Position numbers and translations under genes: made by a program. The notes beneath the pieces are model-generated. The model did no database searches. It saw nothing but the letters and a program-made list of their open reading frames with translations, and was not told the origin of the DNA. Positions 1 through 15,000 of a stretch of 49,150 nucleotides of DNA are shown here, in pieces. Position 1 is the first letter of the stretch, and every line of letters begins with the position of its first letter. The DNA is from Nemertoderma westbladi (Eukaryota; Animalia; Xenacoelomorpha), in assembly GCA_032718475.1 (NCBI GenBank), contig JAUCBJ010003922.1, positions 1 to 49,150 on the forward strand, given 5' to 3'.

Positions 1-1609
1 CAGTTCGACCCTTAAGACCAAGAAGTGACAAGGCTGCCCCATTTTTGCCCTGGGGCAAACCCTATGGAGTGCCCGCCCCACCCACCCCCAGATTGACCTT
101 CCATACATTAATTAAGCCTAAAACAAGTTTTGTACAATAAATAAACTGATTTAAAAAAAATATAGTTATAATTAATATACTTGGTCTCTTCTGGAAGCCA
201 ACACATTTACGTATGTTTGTTTGGTTTGAATTTGAGATGTTGCAGTTGCAATGGTGACTACACACTATTTCGATCGCTACAGTCATATCCCATGTAGGCC
301 TATGTTTATATGCCGCAATTTTCGAACGTGGGTTAACATCTGACAATAGGTGTGTCGGTTCAATGACTACACGAGTGTCGATCTCGGTCATTCACCCTAA
401 ACGAACGAGCAAGGCGATTTTTTTGTGCCAAATTGTATTAAGGACAGGATTATACTCCGAGATTTTTTCTAAGCTCGTTATCCTCCAACCCACCACGCAC
501 AAATCCGTCACCATGTTACACTAGCGCGGTAGGAAGCCTGGCAAATCTACGTTCTACTTTGTGTCCTGTAAATTTAATATCAACCAAGGCTATTACATTG
601 TATGGAATTACCGCATCATACAGAGTAATAGATTGAAAACCAACTAATGGTGAATGAAAACAACGTATAATTACTGCATAATTGCAATTCGCAACGGAAG
701 AGCTCTCTGTTAAAAATTATTAAGCAATTTGCACCTCGTAGTCGCTTCGTAGTCCTCGTTGTAGTCGCCGTGACTCAAACAATTCTGGCAGGTGAACCCA
801 TTTCCCATACCCCTATGCTTTGTTGCCTTTCATTTGGCTATCTATATTCCTTGTGACAGGAAATTCACTTCCCCTGCGGGGATACACGATTAGTCCCGTG
901 TACTGCGGGATTAGGCCATTACGTTCTATACGTTGGGGATGACAGCCACTTTATAAAATAGTTTGGGGACAAGGCAGTTTGCTTGTGCTTCCCTGTTGTG
1001 TGTACCGTGATATTTGTGATACCTACGTGTCTTGGTAACCATCAAGGGGGAATTACACGCGGGGAGATTGTTAATGGCGAACTTGAGTTGGAAATGTCAA
1101 TTTTATTTGCTACATTATTATGTTCAGTTTGTATTGTAGAATGAAACATTTTCTGTGGAGTGGCTCGCAGAAAAAAATAATATTAAGAAAGTATTATATC
1201 ACGTTTAATAAAGTAGCGCTTTATAGAAAACTCGAGTAGGTGTAGGCCTACTCGTGAAACGAATCGTAGCCACTAAAATATATAAATTCTGTTCTACTAG
1301 AATTGTTCTACTTTTCTACCTGACATTTCATCCACAATTGAAATATAATTTAAATTTATATAGAAATGGTAAAGGTAGATAGATTCCCCTTTCCCGTTCT
1401 ACTAAAATCTTTAAAATAGTTTAAGAAATTATTGAGAAGTATGTTTTTTTTAATGATTGAAATACAAATTAATACTAATCTGAAACGAGCTATCCAAACC
1501 AATGATCAAGCTGTGGAATCTAGACACGAAATTAGATCCTAAAAGCGAACATTGATTAAAAAAAGGCAGGGCTAAGGTAGATACAAGTACGCTAAAACAT
1601 TGCATTTCA

Positions 1610-3526
1610 AGTCTTTGCACACCCATAACAATTATGACTAATAACTCTCTGCAGAGTGGTACAGTCCCAGATATTTGGAAAACAGCGCAGGTCTCCCCAT
1701 TACTAAAAAAAGTTAGTCTTGACTCGACTCTGAAGTTTAACTTCCGACCTGTTAGCGGTTTGCCCTTCGTTTCAAAAATTGCAGAAAGAGCGGTGGTGTC
1801 GCAATTTCTCCCCTATATAAACGAACATCATCCCTTGCCAACCAACGAATCTGGATATCGAAAATTTCATAGCACAGAAACAGCACTGATTAAAGTCCAA
1901 TCAGATATTCTTATAAACATGGATAAGAAAAAAGTGACATTTCTAGTACTTCTAGATCTCAGCTCCGCCTTCGACACCGTCGACCACGATCGCCTTCTGC
2001 GTGTGTTCGAATCTGACCTGGGAATTTGCGGCACATGTCTACGGTGGTTCTCATCCTTCCTCCGGGGGCGCCGCCAACACGTAACAACTCTCGGTTCCAA
2101 TTCCAGAGAACACGTATTGGAATACGGCTTCCCCCAGGGTGCATGCTTATCCTGTCACTATTTCAGTAATTTCGGGCGGGGTCTATTTACTATCATTGAG
2201 AACCACTTGCCAATCGCCTTACATGGATATGCTGATGACAAACAAACATACCATGCGTTTCAGCCATCAAGTGAATCCAACGAAACAGATGCATTACAAG
2301 CCCTCCAGAGATGTATTGCAGATATACGTAGGTGGTTTATTGTAAACAAACTTAAAATAAACGATGATAAAACCGAGTTCATAATACTGGGAACACCTCA
2401 ACAACTCTCTAAAGTATCTACACAATACCTAAACGTTGGTAACTTTAAAATACGCCCTGCAAAATTTGTAAAGAACCTCGGCACATGGTTCGATCCAAAT
2501 CTCACCATGGGAAAATTCATATCCAAAACTTGTAATGCCGCGTTCTTCCACATCCATAATATTCGCCGTATCATCAACTTTCTTGACCAAAAGTCCGCTA
2601 AAACAGTTATACATTCACTTATTTCAAGTCGGATTGACTACTGTAACGGCCTCCTCTATGGGGTGTCTAGCTACCAACTAGCAAAATTGCAACGTGTGCA
2701 AAACTCGGCCGCCCGCCTACTAACTAGGGTTCACAAGTATGACCACATTACGCCGAGTCTCAAAGAATTACATTGGCTACCAGTGCGTAAACGCATTGAG
2801 TTTAAATTGCTTCTCCTTGTCCACAAGTCCACCTTAGGTCACGCACCACAGTACATATCTGACATGCTTGTCCGGGTCAATCGCAATAACAACACTACAA
2901 GGAATTGCTCTACACTCACTTTCGTTGAGCCGCGATTCAACTGTCAAACCCTAGGGCGCCGGGCATTCCCAGTAGCCGCCCCACGACTCTGGAACAAACT
3001 CCCAAAAGATATCCGCTCGATTTCCGACACCACAATTTTTAAACAGCGACTCAAAACACATCTTTTTGAAATTGCATATAATTAAACTCCAAAACATGAA
3101 CTCTCTAATTATTTTATTCCAACTCTAGATATTCAATCAACTCTCCAAAAACTGTAAACTTCTTTTAATTTGTTCTTCATGCGTTTTTTAGTGTTTCTGT
3201 TCATTTTATTACCCCATCGCTCGTTTTTATTGTTTCAGTACGTCCGTCAACTACACTTTTTAACTATGCTAATTAATTTTTTTATTACATATTTTTTACT
3301 GTACGTTTCATTTACGGCGAGTATATTTATCAATTTGTACTGTATGTTCCACTTTTTAACGATTGTAATAACTTTTAGTCATTTCGAACTGCACGTTTTA
3401 TCGTTAGTGACGACTATAATTTTTTAATTTCTGTACTACTTGCACTGCTAGTTTTAATGTTATATTGCTTGTGACGTAAGCGCCTTAGCATACTTCTATT
3501 GTTGTAAATTCGGCGCTATACAAATG

Positions 3527-3559
<33 letters not shown>
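1610..3559 (+). mobile_element. 5'-truncated CR1/L2-group LINE with 3' UTR and (ATT)n tail
   Basis: RT ORF 1634-3085, then an AT-rich UTR ending GTAAGCGCCTTAG...CGGCGCTATACAAATGC followed by (ATT)n at 3528-3559, the typical L2/CR1-group 3' end. No endonuclease domain upstream and no clear TSD. Confidence 0.85.
1634..3085 (+). CDS. LINE ORF2 reverse transcriptase fragment (483 aa, open frame)
   Basis: Motifs NFRPVSGLPFVSKIAE, HSTETALIKV, LLDLSSAFDTVDH, GFPQG, YADD, KNLG, SRIDYCN, LQRVQNSAARL, HITPSLKELHWLP, RAFPVAAPRLWNKLP. Confidence 0.85.
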   Translation: MTNNSLQSGTVPDIWKTAQVSPLLKKVSLDSTLKFNFRPVSGLPFVSKIAERAVVSQFLPYINEHHPLPTNESGYRKFHSTETALIKVQSDILINMDKKKVTFLVLLDLSSAFDTVDHDRLLRVFESDLGICGTCLRWFSSFLRGRRQHVTTLGSNSREHVLEYGFPQGACLSCHYFSNFGRGLFTIIENHLPIALHGYADDKQTYHAFQPSSESNETDALQALQRCIADIRRWFIVNKLKINDDKTEFIILGTPQQLSKVSTQYLNVGNFKIRPAKFVKNLGTWFDPNLTMGKFISKTCNAAFFHIHNIRRIINFLDQKSAKTVIHSLISSRIDYCNGLLYGVSSYQLAKLQRVQNSAARLLTRVHKYDHITPSLKELHWLPVRKRIEFKLLLLVHKSTLGHAPQYISDMLVRVNRNNNTTRNCSTLTFVEPRFNCQTLGRRAFPVAAPRLWNKLPKDIRSISDTTIFKQRLKTHLFEIAYN

Positions 3560-3746
3560 CCTAGTTGTGAACTAAGTTTCTATACGCGAACTTACCTGTT
3601 GGCTATGTCGCGTAAGTTTTCGGATAAAATAGACGCTGCGGCTGCAAATCTGATACATTATACTGTATCTATATTACTTTTTACAAGCTATTTATTATTT
3701 ATAACATGCCGTAGGGTACCAATGTTTTGCGTTAAATGTATAACAT

Positions 3747-5864
3747 TACACCAAAACACGTTCTCACACACGGATAAACTATTTTATGTGTTTTCACACA
3801 CGTATAAACTATTTTAGGTGTTCTCAAACACGTATACACTAATTTAGGTATTCTTACGCATTTATGCACTATTTTAGGTGTTCTTACACACGTATACACC
3901 ATTTTAGTTGTTCTTACACACGTATACCATATTTGGTGTGTTTTCACACGTGTATAAACTATTTTAGGTGTCTTACATATGTATACACTATTTTAAGTGT
4001 TCTTACACATGTATACACAATTTTAGTTGTTCTTACACACGTATACCATATTTGGTGTGTTCTCACACACGTATACACTTTTTTAGTTGTTCTTACACAC
4101 GTTAACCATATTCGGTGTGTTCTCACACACGTTTACACTATTTTAGCTGTACTCACTCACGTATACCATATTTGGCGTGTTCTCACACACGTGTACACTA
4201 TTTTAGGTGTTCTTACACACGTATACCTTATTTGGTGTGTTCTCACACACGTTTACACTATTTTAGCTGTACTCTCTCACGTATACCATATTTGGTGTGT
4301 TCTCACACACGTTTACACTATTTTAGCTGTTCTCACACACGTATACACTATTTTAGATGACTTACACATGTATACACAATTTTAGGTGTTCTTACACACG
4401 TATATACCATTTTAGTTGTTCTTACACACGTATACCATATTTGATGTGTTCTCACACACGTGTACACTATTTTAGGTGTTCTTACACACGTATACCATAT
4501 TTGGTGTGTTCTCACACACGTTTACACTATTTTAGCTGTTCTCACACACTTATACACTATTTCAGATGTCTTACACACGTATACACTATTTTTGGTGTTC
4601 GTACACACGTATATACCATTATAGTTATTCTTACACACATATACCATATTTTAGGAGTTCTCACACACGTTTACACTATTTTAGCTGTACTCACACACGT
4701 ATACCATATTTGGTGTGTTCTCACACACGTTTACATTATTTTAGCTGTTCTCACACACGTATACACTATTTTAGATGTCTTACACATGTATACACTATTT
4801 TAGGTGTTCGTACACACGTATATACCATTATAGTTATTCTTACACACATATACCATATCTTAGGAGTTCTCACACACGTTTACACTATTTTAGCTGTCCT
4901 CACACACTTATACACTATTTTAGATGTCTTCACATGTATAATATTTTATGTGTTCTCACCAACGTATACACCATTTTATGTGTTCTCACACACGCATAAG
5001 CTATTTTAGGTGTTCTCAAACACTTATACACTATTTTAGGTATTCTTACGCATTTGTGCACTATTTTAGATGTTCTTACACATGTTTACACCATTTTAGT
5101 TGTTCTTAAACACGTATACCATATTTGATGTGTTCTCACACACGTGTACACTATTTTAGGTGTTCTTACACACGTATACACTATTTTAGGTGTTCTTACA
5201 CACGTATACACAATTTTAGGTGTTCTTACACACGTATACCATATTTTATGTGTTCTCACACACGATACACTATTATAGGTTTACTTACACACGTATACAC
5301 TATTTTAGGTGTTCTTACACACGTATGCCATATGTGGTGTGTTCTCACACACGTATATACTATTTTAGGTGTTCTCACATACGTATATACTATTTTAGGT
5401 GTTCTCACACACGTATACCATATTTTTGGTGTTCTTACACACGTATACCATATTTTATGTGTTCTCACACACGTATACACTATTTTAGGTTTTCTTACAC
5501 ACGTATACACTAGTTTAGGTGTTCTTACACACGTATACCATATGTGGTGTGTTCTCACACACGTATATACTATTTTAGGTGTTCTCACACACGTATACGC
5601 AATGTTAGGTGTTCTTACACACGTATACCATATTTTATGTGTTCTCACACACGTATACACTATTTTAGGTTTTCTTACACACGTATACACTATTTTAGGT
5701 GTTCTCACACACGTATACCATATGTGGTGTGTTCTCACACACGTATATAATATTTTAGGTGTTTTCACACACGTATATACTATTTTAGGTGTTCTCACAC
5801 ACGTATACCATATTTTAGGTGTTCTCACACACGTATACCATATTTCAGGTGTCCTCACACACGT
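3747..5864 (+). repeat. 30-bp minisatellite (~70 units) derived from the Epac acceptor site plus exon start
   Basis: Unit TATTTTAG|GTGTTCTCACACACGTATACAC/CA. The last unit is the real acceptor TATTTCAG|GTGTCCTCACACACGT. Period is exactly 30 bp from about 5290 to 5864 and more degenerate upstream. Confidence 0.95.
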
Positions 5865-6006
5865 TTCCAAAGAGTTTGAATTTCGGGACGATTATCTGTT
5901 TTACCGCTTCCGGGAGGATGACCAAGGTTTGGGAAGTATACCGGGGGGTTTGGAAAGAAAAGATGCAGAAGATTCACTAGAGGATACGTTGCAGATACTC
6001 AGTCAG
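5849..6006 (+). CDS. RAPGEF4: Epac exon (end of DEP domain)
   Basis: tttcag|GT...CAG|gtaagg; encodes (G)VLTHVSKEFEFRDDYLFYRFREDD...LEDTLQILSQ; 158 nt, phase 1 to 0. Confidence 0.9.
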
Positions 6007-9000
6007 GTAAGGGATAGATTAAAGATACTGTACTTAATTATAGATACTCAGTCAGGTAAGGGATACATTAAAGATAATGTACTTAATTATAGATACTCAG
6101 TCAGGTAAGGGATACATTAAAGATACTGTACTTAATTATAGATACTCAGTCAGGTAAGGGATACATTAAAGATACTGTACTTAATTATAGATACTCAGTC
6201 AGGTAAGGGATACATTAAAGATACTGTACTTTATTATAGATACTCAGTCAGGTAAGGGATACATTAAAGATAATGTACTTAATTATAGATACTCAGTCAG
6301 GTAAGGGATACATTAAAGATAATGTACTTAATTATAGATACTCAGTCAGGTAAGGGATACATTATAGATACTGTACTTAATTATAGATACTCAGTCAGGT
6401 AAGGGATACATTAAAGATACTGTACTTAATTATAGATACTCAGTCAGGTAAGGGATACATTAAAGATACTGTACTTAATTATAGATACTCAGTCAGGTAA
6501 GAGATACATTAAAGATAATGTACTTAATTATAGATACTCAGTCAGGTAAGGGATACATTAAAGATACTGTACTTAATTATAGATAATCAGTCAGGTAAGG
6601 GATACATTAAAGATACTGTACTTAATTATAGATACTCAGTCAGGTAAGAGATACATTAAAGATAATGTACTTAATTATAGATACTCAGTCAGGTAAGGGA
6701 TACATTAAAGATACTGTACTTAATTATAGATAATCAGTCAGGTAAGGGATACATTAAAGATACTGTACTTAATTATAGATACTCAGTCAGGTAAGAGATA
6801 CATTAAAGATAATGTACTTAATTATAGATACTCAGTCAGGTAAGGGATACATTAAAGATACTGTACTTAATTATAGATACTCAGTCAGGTAAGGGATACA
6901 TTAAAGATACTGTACTTAATTATAGATACTCAGTCAGGTAAGGGATACATTAAAGATACTGTACTTAATTATAGATACTCAGTCAGGTAAGGGATACATT
7001 AAAGATACTGTACTTAATTATAGATACTCAGTCAGGTAAGGGATACATTAAAGATACTGTACTTTATTATAGATACTCAGTCAGGTAAGAGATAGATTAA
7101 AGATACTGTACTAAATTATAGATACTCAGTCAGGTAAGAGATAGATTAAAGATACTGTACTTAATTATATATACTCAGTCAGGTAAGAGATAGATTAAAG
7201 ATACTGTACTTAATTATAGATACTCAGTCAGGTAAGAGATACATTAAAGATACTGTACTTAATTATAGATACTCAGTCAGGTAAGGGATACATTAAAGAT
7301 AATGTACTTAATTATAGATACTCAGTCAGGTAAGAGATACATTAAAGATACTGTACTTAATTATAGATACTCAGTCAGGTAAGAGATACATTAAAGATAC
7401 TGTACTTAATTATAGATACTCAGTCAGGTAAGAGATACATTAAAGATACTGTACTTAATTATAGATACTCAGTCAGGTAAGAGATACATTAAAGATACTG
7501 TACTTAATTATAGATACTCAGTCAGGTAAGAGATACATTAAAGATACTGTACTTAATTATAGATACTCAGTCAGGTAAGAGATACATTAAAGATACTGTA
7601 CTTAATTATAGATACTCAGTCAGGTAAGAGATACATTAAAGATACTGTACTTAATTATAGATACTCAGTCAGGTAAGAGATACATTAAAGATACTGTACT
7701 TAATTATAGATACTCAGTCAGGTAAGAGATACATTAAAGATACTGGACTTAATTATAGATACTCAGTCAGGTAAGAGATACATTAAAGATAGTGTACTTA
7801 ATTATAGATACTCAGTCAGGTAAGGGATACATTAAAGATACTGTACTTAATTATAGATACTCAGTCAGGTAAGAGATAGATTAAAGATACTGTACTTAAT
7901 TATAGATACTCAGTCAGGTAAGAGATAGATTAAAGATACTGTACTTAATTATAGATACTCAGTCAGGTAAGAGATACATTAAAGATACTGTACTTAATTA
8001 TAGATACTCAGTCAGGTAAGAGATACATTAAAGATACTGTACTTAATTATAGATACTCAGTCAGGTAAGAGATACATTAAAGATACTGGTACTTAATTAT
8101 AGATACTCAGTCAGGTAAGAGATACATTAAAGATACTGTACTTAATTATAGATACTCAGTCAGGTAAGAGATAGATTAAAGATACTGGTACTTAATTATA
8201 GATACTCAGTCAGGTAAGGGATACATTAAAGATAATGTACTTAATTATAGATACTCAGTCAGGTAAGGGATACATTAAAGATACTGTACTTAATTATAGA
8301 TACTCAGTCAGGTAAGGGATACATTAAAGATAATGTACTTAATTATAGATACTCAGTCAGGTAAGGGATACATTAAAGATACTGTACTTAATTATAGATA
8401 CTCAGTCAGGTAAGGGATACATTAAAGATACTGTACTTAATTATAGATACTCAGTCAGGTAAGGGATACATTAAAGATAGCCTACTGTACTTAATTATAG
8501 ATACTCAGTCAGGTAAGGGATACATTAAAGATAATGTACTTAATTATAGATACTCAGTCAGGTAAGGGATACATTAAAGATACTGTACTTTATTATAGAT
8601 ACTCAGTCAGGTAAGGGATACATTAAAGATACTGTACTTAATTATAGATACTCGCAGTCAGGTAAGAGATAGATTAAAGATACTGTACTTAATTATAGAT
8701 ACTCAGTCAGGTAAGAGATAGATTAAAGATACTGTACTTAATTATAGATACTCAGTCAGGTAAGGGATACATTATAGATACTGTACTTAATTATAGATAC
8801 TCAGTCAGGTAAGGGATACATTAAAGATAATGTACTTAATTATAGATACTCAGTCAGGTAAGGGATACATTAAAGATACTGTACTTAATTATAGATACTC
8901 AGTCAGGTAAGGGATACATTAAAGATACTGTACTTAATTATAGATACTCAGTCAGGTAAGGGATACATTAAAGATACTGTACTTAATTATAGATACTCAG

Positions 9001-12000
9001 TCAGGTAAGGGATACATTAAAGATACTGTACTTAATTATAGATACTCAGTCAGGTAAGGGATACATTAAAGATACTGTACTTAATTATAGATACTCAGTC
9101 AGGTAAGGGATACATTAAAGATACTGTACTTAATTATAGATACTCAGTCAGGTAAGGGATACATTAAAGATACTGTACTTAATTATAGATACTCAGTCAG
9201 GTAAGGGATACATTAAAGATACTGTACTTAATTATAGATACTCAGTCAGGTAAGGGATACATTAAAGATACTGTACTTAATTATAGATACTCAGTCAGGT
9301 AAGGGATACATTAAAGATACTGTACTTAATTATAGATACTCAGTCAGGTAAGGGATACATTAAAGATACTGTACTTAATTATAGATACTCAGTCAGGTAA
9401 GGGATACATTAAAGATACTGTACTTAATTATAGATACTCAGTCAGGTAAGGGATACATTAAAGATACTGTACTTAATTATAGATACTCAGTCAGGTAAGG
9501 GATACATTAAAGATACTGTACTTAATTATAGATACTCAGTCAGGTAAGGGATACATTAAAGATACTGTACTTAATTATAGATACTCAGTCAGGTAAGGGA
9601 TACATTAAAGATACTGTACTTAATTATAGATACTCAGTCAGGTAAGGGATACATTAAAGATACTGTACTTAATTATAGATACTCAGTCAGGTAAGGGATA
9701 CATTAAAGATACTGTACTTAATTATAGATACTCAGTCAGGTAAGGGATACATTAAAGATACTGTACTTAATTATAGATACTCAGTCAGGTAAGGGATACA
9801 TTAAAGATACTGTACTTAATTATAGATACTCAGTCAGGTAAGGGATACATTAAAGATACTGTACTTAATTATAGATACTCAGTCAGGTAAGGGATACATT
9901 AAAGATACTGTACTTAATTATAGATACTCAGTCAGGTAAGGGATACATTAAAGATACTGTACTTAATTATAGATACTCAGTCAGGTAAGGGATACATTAA
10001 AGATACTGTACTTAATTATAGATACTCAGTCAGGTAAGGGATACATTAAAGATACTGTACTTAATTATAGATACTCAGTCAGGTAAGGGATACATTAAAG
10101 ATACTGTACTTAATTATAGATACTCAGTCAGGTAAGGGATACATTAAAGATACTGTACTTAATTATAGATACTCAGTCAGGTAAGGGATACATTAAAGAT
10201 ACTGTACTTAATTATAGATACTCAGTCAGGTAAGGGATACATTAAAGATACTGTACTTAATTATAGATACTCAGTCAGGTAAGGGATACATTAAAGATAC
10301 TGTACTTAATTATAGATACTCAGTCAGGTAAGGGATACATTAAAGATACTGTACTTAATTATAGATACTCAGTCAGGTAAGGGATACATTAAAGATACTG
10401 TACTTAATTATAGATACTCAGTCAGGTAAGGGATACATTAAAGATACTGTACTTAATTATAGATACTCAGTCAGGTAAGGGATACATTAAAGATACTGTA
10501 CTTAATTATAGATACTCAGTCAGGTAAGGGATACATTAAAGATACTGTACTTAATTATAGATACTCAGTCAGGTAAGGGATACATTAAAGATACTGTACT
10601 TAATTATAGATACTCAGTCAGGTAAGGGATACATTAAAGATACTGTACTTAATTATAGATACTCAGTCAGGTAAGGGATACATTAAAGATACTGTACTTA
10701 ATTATAGATACTCAGTCAGGTAAGGGATACATTAAAGATACTGTACTTAATTATAGATACTCAGTCAGGTAAGGGATACATTAAAGATACTGTACTTAAT
10801 TATAGATACTCAGTCAGGTAAGGGATACATTAAAGATACTGTACTTAATTATAGATACTCAGTCAGGTAAGGGATACATTAAAGATACTGTACTTAATTA
10901 TAGATACTCAGTCAGGTAAGGGATACATTAAAGATACTGTACTTAATTATAGATACTCAGTCAGGTAAGGGATACATTAAAGATACTGTACTTAATTATA
11001 GATACTCAGTCAGGTAAGGGATACATTAAAGATACTGTACTTAATTATAGATACTCAGTCAGGTAAGGGATACATTAAAGATACTGTACTTAATTATAGA
11101 TACTCAGTCAGGTAAGGGATACATTAAAGATACTGTACTTAATTATAGATACTCAGTCAGGTAAGGGATACATTAAAGATACTGTACTTAATTATAGATA
11201 CTCAGTCAGGTAAGGGATACATTAAAGATACTGTACTTAATTATAGATACTCAGTCAGGTAAGGGATACATTAAAGATACTGTACTTAATTATAGATACT
11301 CAGTCAGGTAAGGGATACATTAAAGATACTGTACTTAATTATAGATACTCAGTCAGGTAAGGGATACATTAAAGATACTGTACTTAATTATAGATACTCA
11401 GTCAGGTAAGGGATACATTAAAGATACTGTACTTAATTATAGATACTCAGTCAGGTAAGGGATACATTAAAGATACTGTACTTAATTATAGATACTCAGT
11501 CAGGTAAGGGATACATTAAAGATACTGTACTTAATTATAGATACTCAGTCAGGTAAGGGATACATTAAAGATACTGTACTTAATTATAGATACTCAGTCA
11601 GGTAAGGGATACATTAAAGATACTGTACTTAATTATAGATACTCAGTCAGGTAAGGGATACATTAAAGATACTGTACTTAATTATAGATACTCAGTCAGG
11701 TAAGGGATACATTAAAGATACTGTACTTAATTATAGATACTCAGTCAGGTAAGGGATACATTAAAGATACTGTACTTAATTATAGATACTCAGTCAGGTA
11801 AGGGATACATTAAAGATACTGTACTTAATTATAGATACTCAGTCAGGTAAGGGATACATTAAAGATAGCCTCTGTACTTAATTATAGATACTCAGTCAGG
11901 TAAGGGATACATTAAAGATACTGTACTTAATTATAGATACTCAGTCAGGTAAGGGATACATTAAAGATACTGTACTTAATTATAGATACTCAGTCAGGTA

Positions 12001-15000
12001 AGGGATACATTAAAGATACTGTACTTAATTATAGATACTCAGTCAGGTAAGGGATACATTAAAGATACTGTACTTAATTATAGATACTCAGTCAGGTAAG
12101 GGATACATTAAAGATACTGTACTTAATTATAGATACTCAGTCAGGTAAGGGATACATTAAAGATACTGTACTTAATTATAGATACTCAGTCAGGTAAGGG
12201 ATACATTAAAGATACTGTACTTAATTATAGATACTCAGTCAGGTAAGGGATACATTAAAGATACTGTACTTAATTATAGATACTCAGTCAGGTAAGGGAT
12301 ACATTAAAGATACTGTACTTAATTATAGATACTCAGTCAGGTAAGGGATACATTAAAGATACTGTACTTAATTATAGATACTCAGTCAGGTAAGGGATAC
12401 ATTAAAGATACTGTACTTAATTATAGATACTCAGTCAGGTAAGGGATACATTAAAGATACTGTACTTAATTATAGATACTCAGTCAGGTAAGGGATACAT
12501 TAAAGATACTGTACTTAATTATAGATACTCAGTCAGGTAAGGGATACATTAAAGATACTGTACTTAATTATAGATACTCAGTCAGGTAAGGGATACATTA
12601 AAGATACTGTACTTAATTATAGATACTCAGTCAGGTAAGGGATACATTAAAGATACTGTACTTAATTATAGATACTCAGTCAGGTAAGGGATACATTAAA
12701 GATACTGTACTTAATTATAGATACTCAGTCAGGTAAGGGATACATTAAAGATACTGTACTTAATTATAGATACTCAGTCAGGTAAGGGATACATTAAAGA
12801 TACTGTACTTAATTATAGATACTCAGTCAGGTAAGGGATACATTAAAGATACTGTACTTAATTATAGATACTCAGTCAGGTAAGGGATACATTAAAGATA
12901 CTGTACTTAATTATAGATACTCAGTCAGGTAAGGGATACATTAAAGATACTGTACTTAATTATAGATACTCAGTCAGGTAAGGGATACATTAAAGATACT
13001 GTACTTAATTATAGATACTCAGTCAGGTAAGGGATACATTAAAGATACTGTACTTAATTATAGATACTCAGTCAGGTAAGGGATACATTAAAGATACTGT
13101 ACTTAATTATAGATACTCAGTCAGGTAAGGGATACATTAAAGATACTGTACTTAATTATAGATACTCAGTCAGGTAAGGGATACATTAAAGATACTGTAC
13201 TTAATTATAGATACTCAGTCAGGTAAGGGATACATTAAAGATACTGTACTTAATTATAGATACTCAGTCAGGTAAGGGATACATTAAAGATACTGTACTT
13301 AATTATAGATACTCAGTCAGGTAAGGGATACATTAAAGATACTGTACTTAATTATAGATACTCAGTCAGGTAAGGGATACATTAAAGATACTGTACTTAA
13401 TTATAGATACTCAGTCAGGTAAGGGATACATTAAAGATACTGTACTTAATTATAGATACTCAGTCAGGTAAGGGATACATTAAAGATACTGTACTTAATT
13501 ATAGATACTCAGTCAGGTAAGGGATACATTAAAGATACTGTACTTAATTATAGATACTCAGTCAGGTAAGGGATACATTAAAGATACTGTACTTAATTAT
13601 AGATACTCAGTCAGGTAAGGGATACATTAAAGATACTGTACTTAATTATAGATACTCAGTCAGGTAAGGGATACATTAAAGATACTGTACTTAATTATAG
13701 ATACTCAGTCAGGTAAGGGATACATTAAAGATACTGTACTTAATTATAGATACTCAGTCAGGTAAGGGATACATTAAAGATACTGTACTTAATTATAGAT
13801 ACTCAGTCAGGTAAGGGATACATTAAAGATACTGTACTTAATTATAGATACTCAGTCAGGTAAGGGATACATTAAAGATACTGTACTTAATTATAGATAC
13901 TCAGTCAGGTAAGGGATACATTAAAGATACTGTACTTAATTATAGATACTCAGTCAGGTAAGGGATACATTACAGATACTGTACTTAATTATAGATACTC
14001 AGTCAGGTAAGGGATACATTACAGATACTGTACTTAATTATAGATACTCAGTCAGGTAAGGGATACATTACAGATACTGTACTTAATTATAGATACTCAG
14101 TCAGGTAAGAGATACATTAAAGATAGCCTACTGTACTTAATTATAGATACTCAGTCAGGTAAGGGATACATTACAGATACTGTACTTAATTATAGATACT
14201 CAGTCAGGTAAGGGATACATTAAAGATACTGTACTTAATTATAGATACTCAGTCAGGTAAGGGATACATTAAAGATACTGTACTTAATTATAGATACTCA
14301 GTCAGGTAAGGGATACATTAAAGATACTGTACTTAATTATAGATACTCAGTCAGGTAAGGGATACATTAAAGATACTGTACTTAATTATAGATACTCAGT
14401 CAGGTAAGGGATACATTACAGATACTGTACTTAATTATAGATACTCAGTCAGGTAAGGGATACATTACAGATACTGTACTTAATTATAGATACTCAGTCA
14501 GGTAAGGGATACATTAAAGATACTGTACTTAATTATAGATACTCAGTCAGGTAAGGGATACATTAAAGATAGCCTACTGTACTTAATTATAGATACTCAG
14601 TCAGGTAAGGGATACATTAAAGATACTGTACTTAATTATAGATACTCAGTCAGGTAAGAGATACATTAAAGATACTGTACTTAATTATAGATACTCAGTC
14701 AGGTAAGGGATACATTAAAGATACTGTACTTAATTATAGATACTCAGTCAGGTAAGAGATACATTAAAGATACTGTACTTAATTATAGATACTCAGTCAG
14801 GTAAGGGATACATTAAAGATACTGTACTTAATTATAGATACTCAGTCAGGTAAGGGATACATTAAAGATAGCCTACTGTACTTAATTATAGATACTCAGT
14901 CAGGTAAGGGATACATTAAAGATACTGTACTTAATTATAGATACTCAGTCAGGTAAGAGATACATTAAAGATAATGTACTTAATTATAGATACTCAGTCA

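Noticed and set aside
1-1600. Upstream Epac DEP exon, or ORF 62-391 as a gene
   Set aside because: I found no DEP-like peptide and no recognisable motif, so I treated this stretch as intron.
3732-5870. Many ORFs with VLTHVYTIL / CSHTRIHYF / YTCVRTPK repeats as independent genes
   Set aside because: By-products of a stop-poor 30-bp repeat. Only 5849-6006 has Epac homology.
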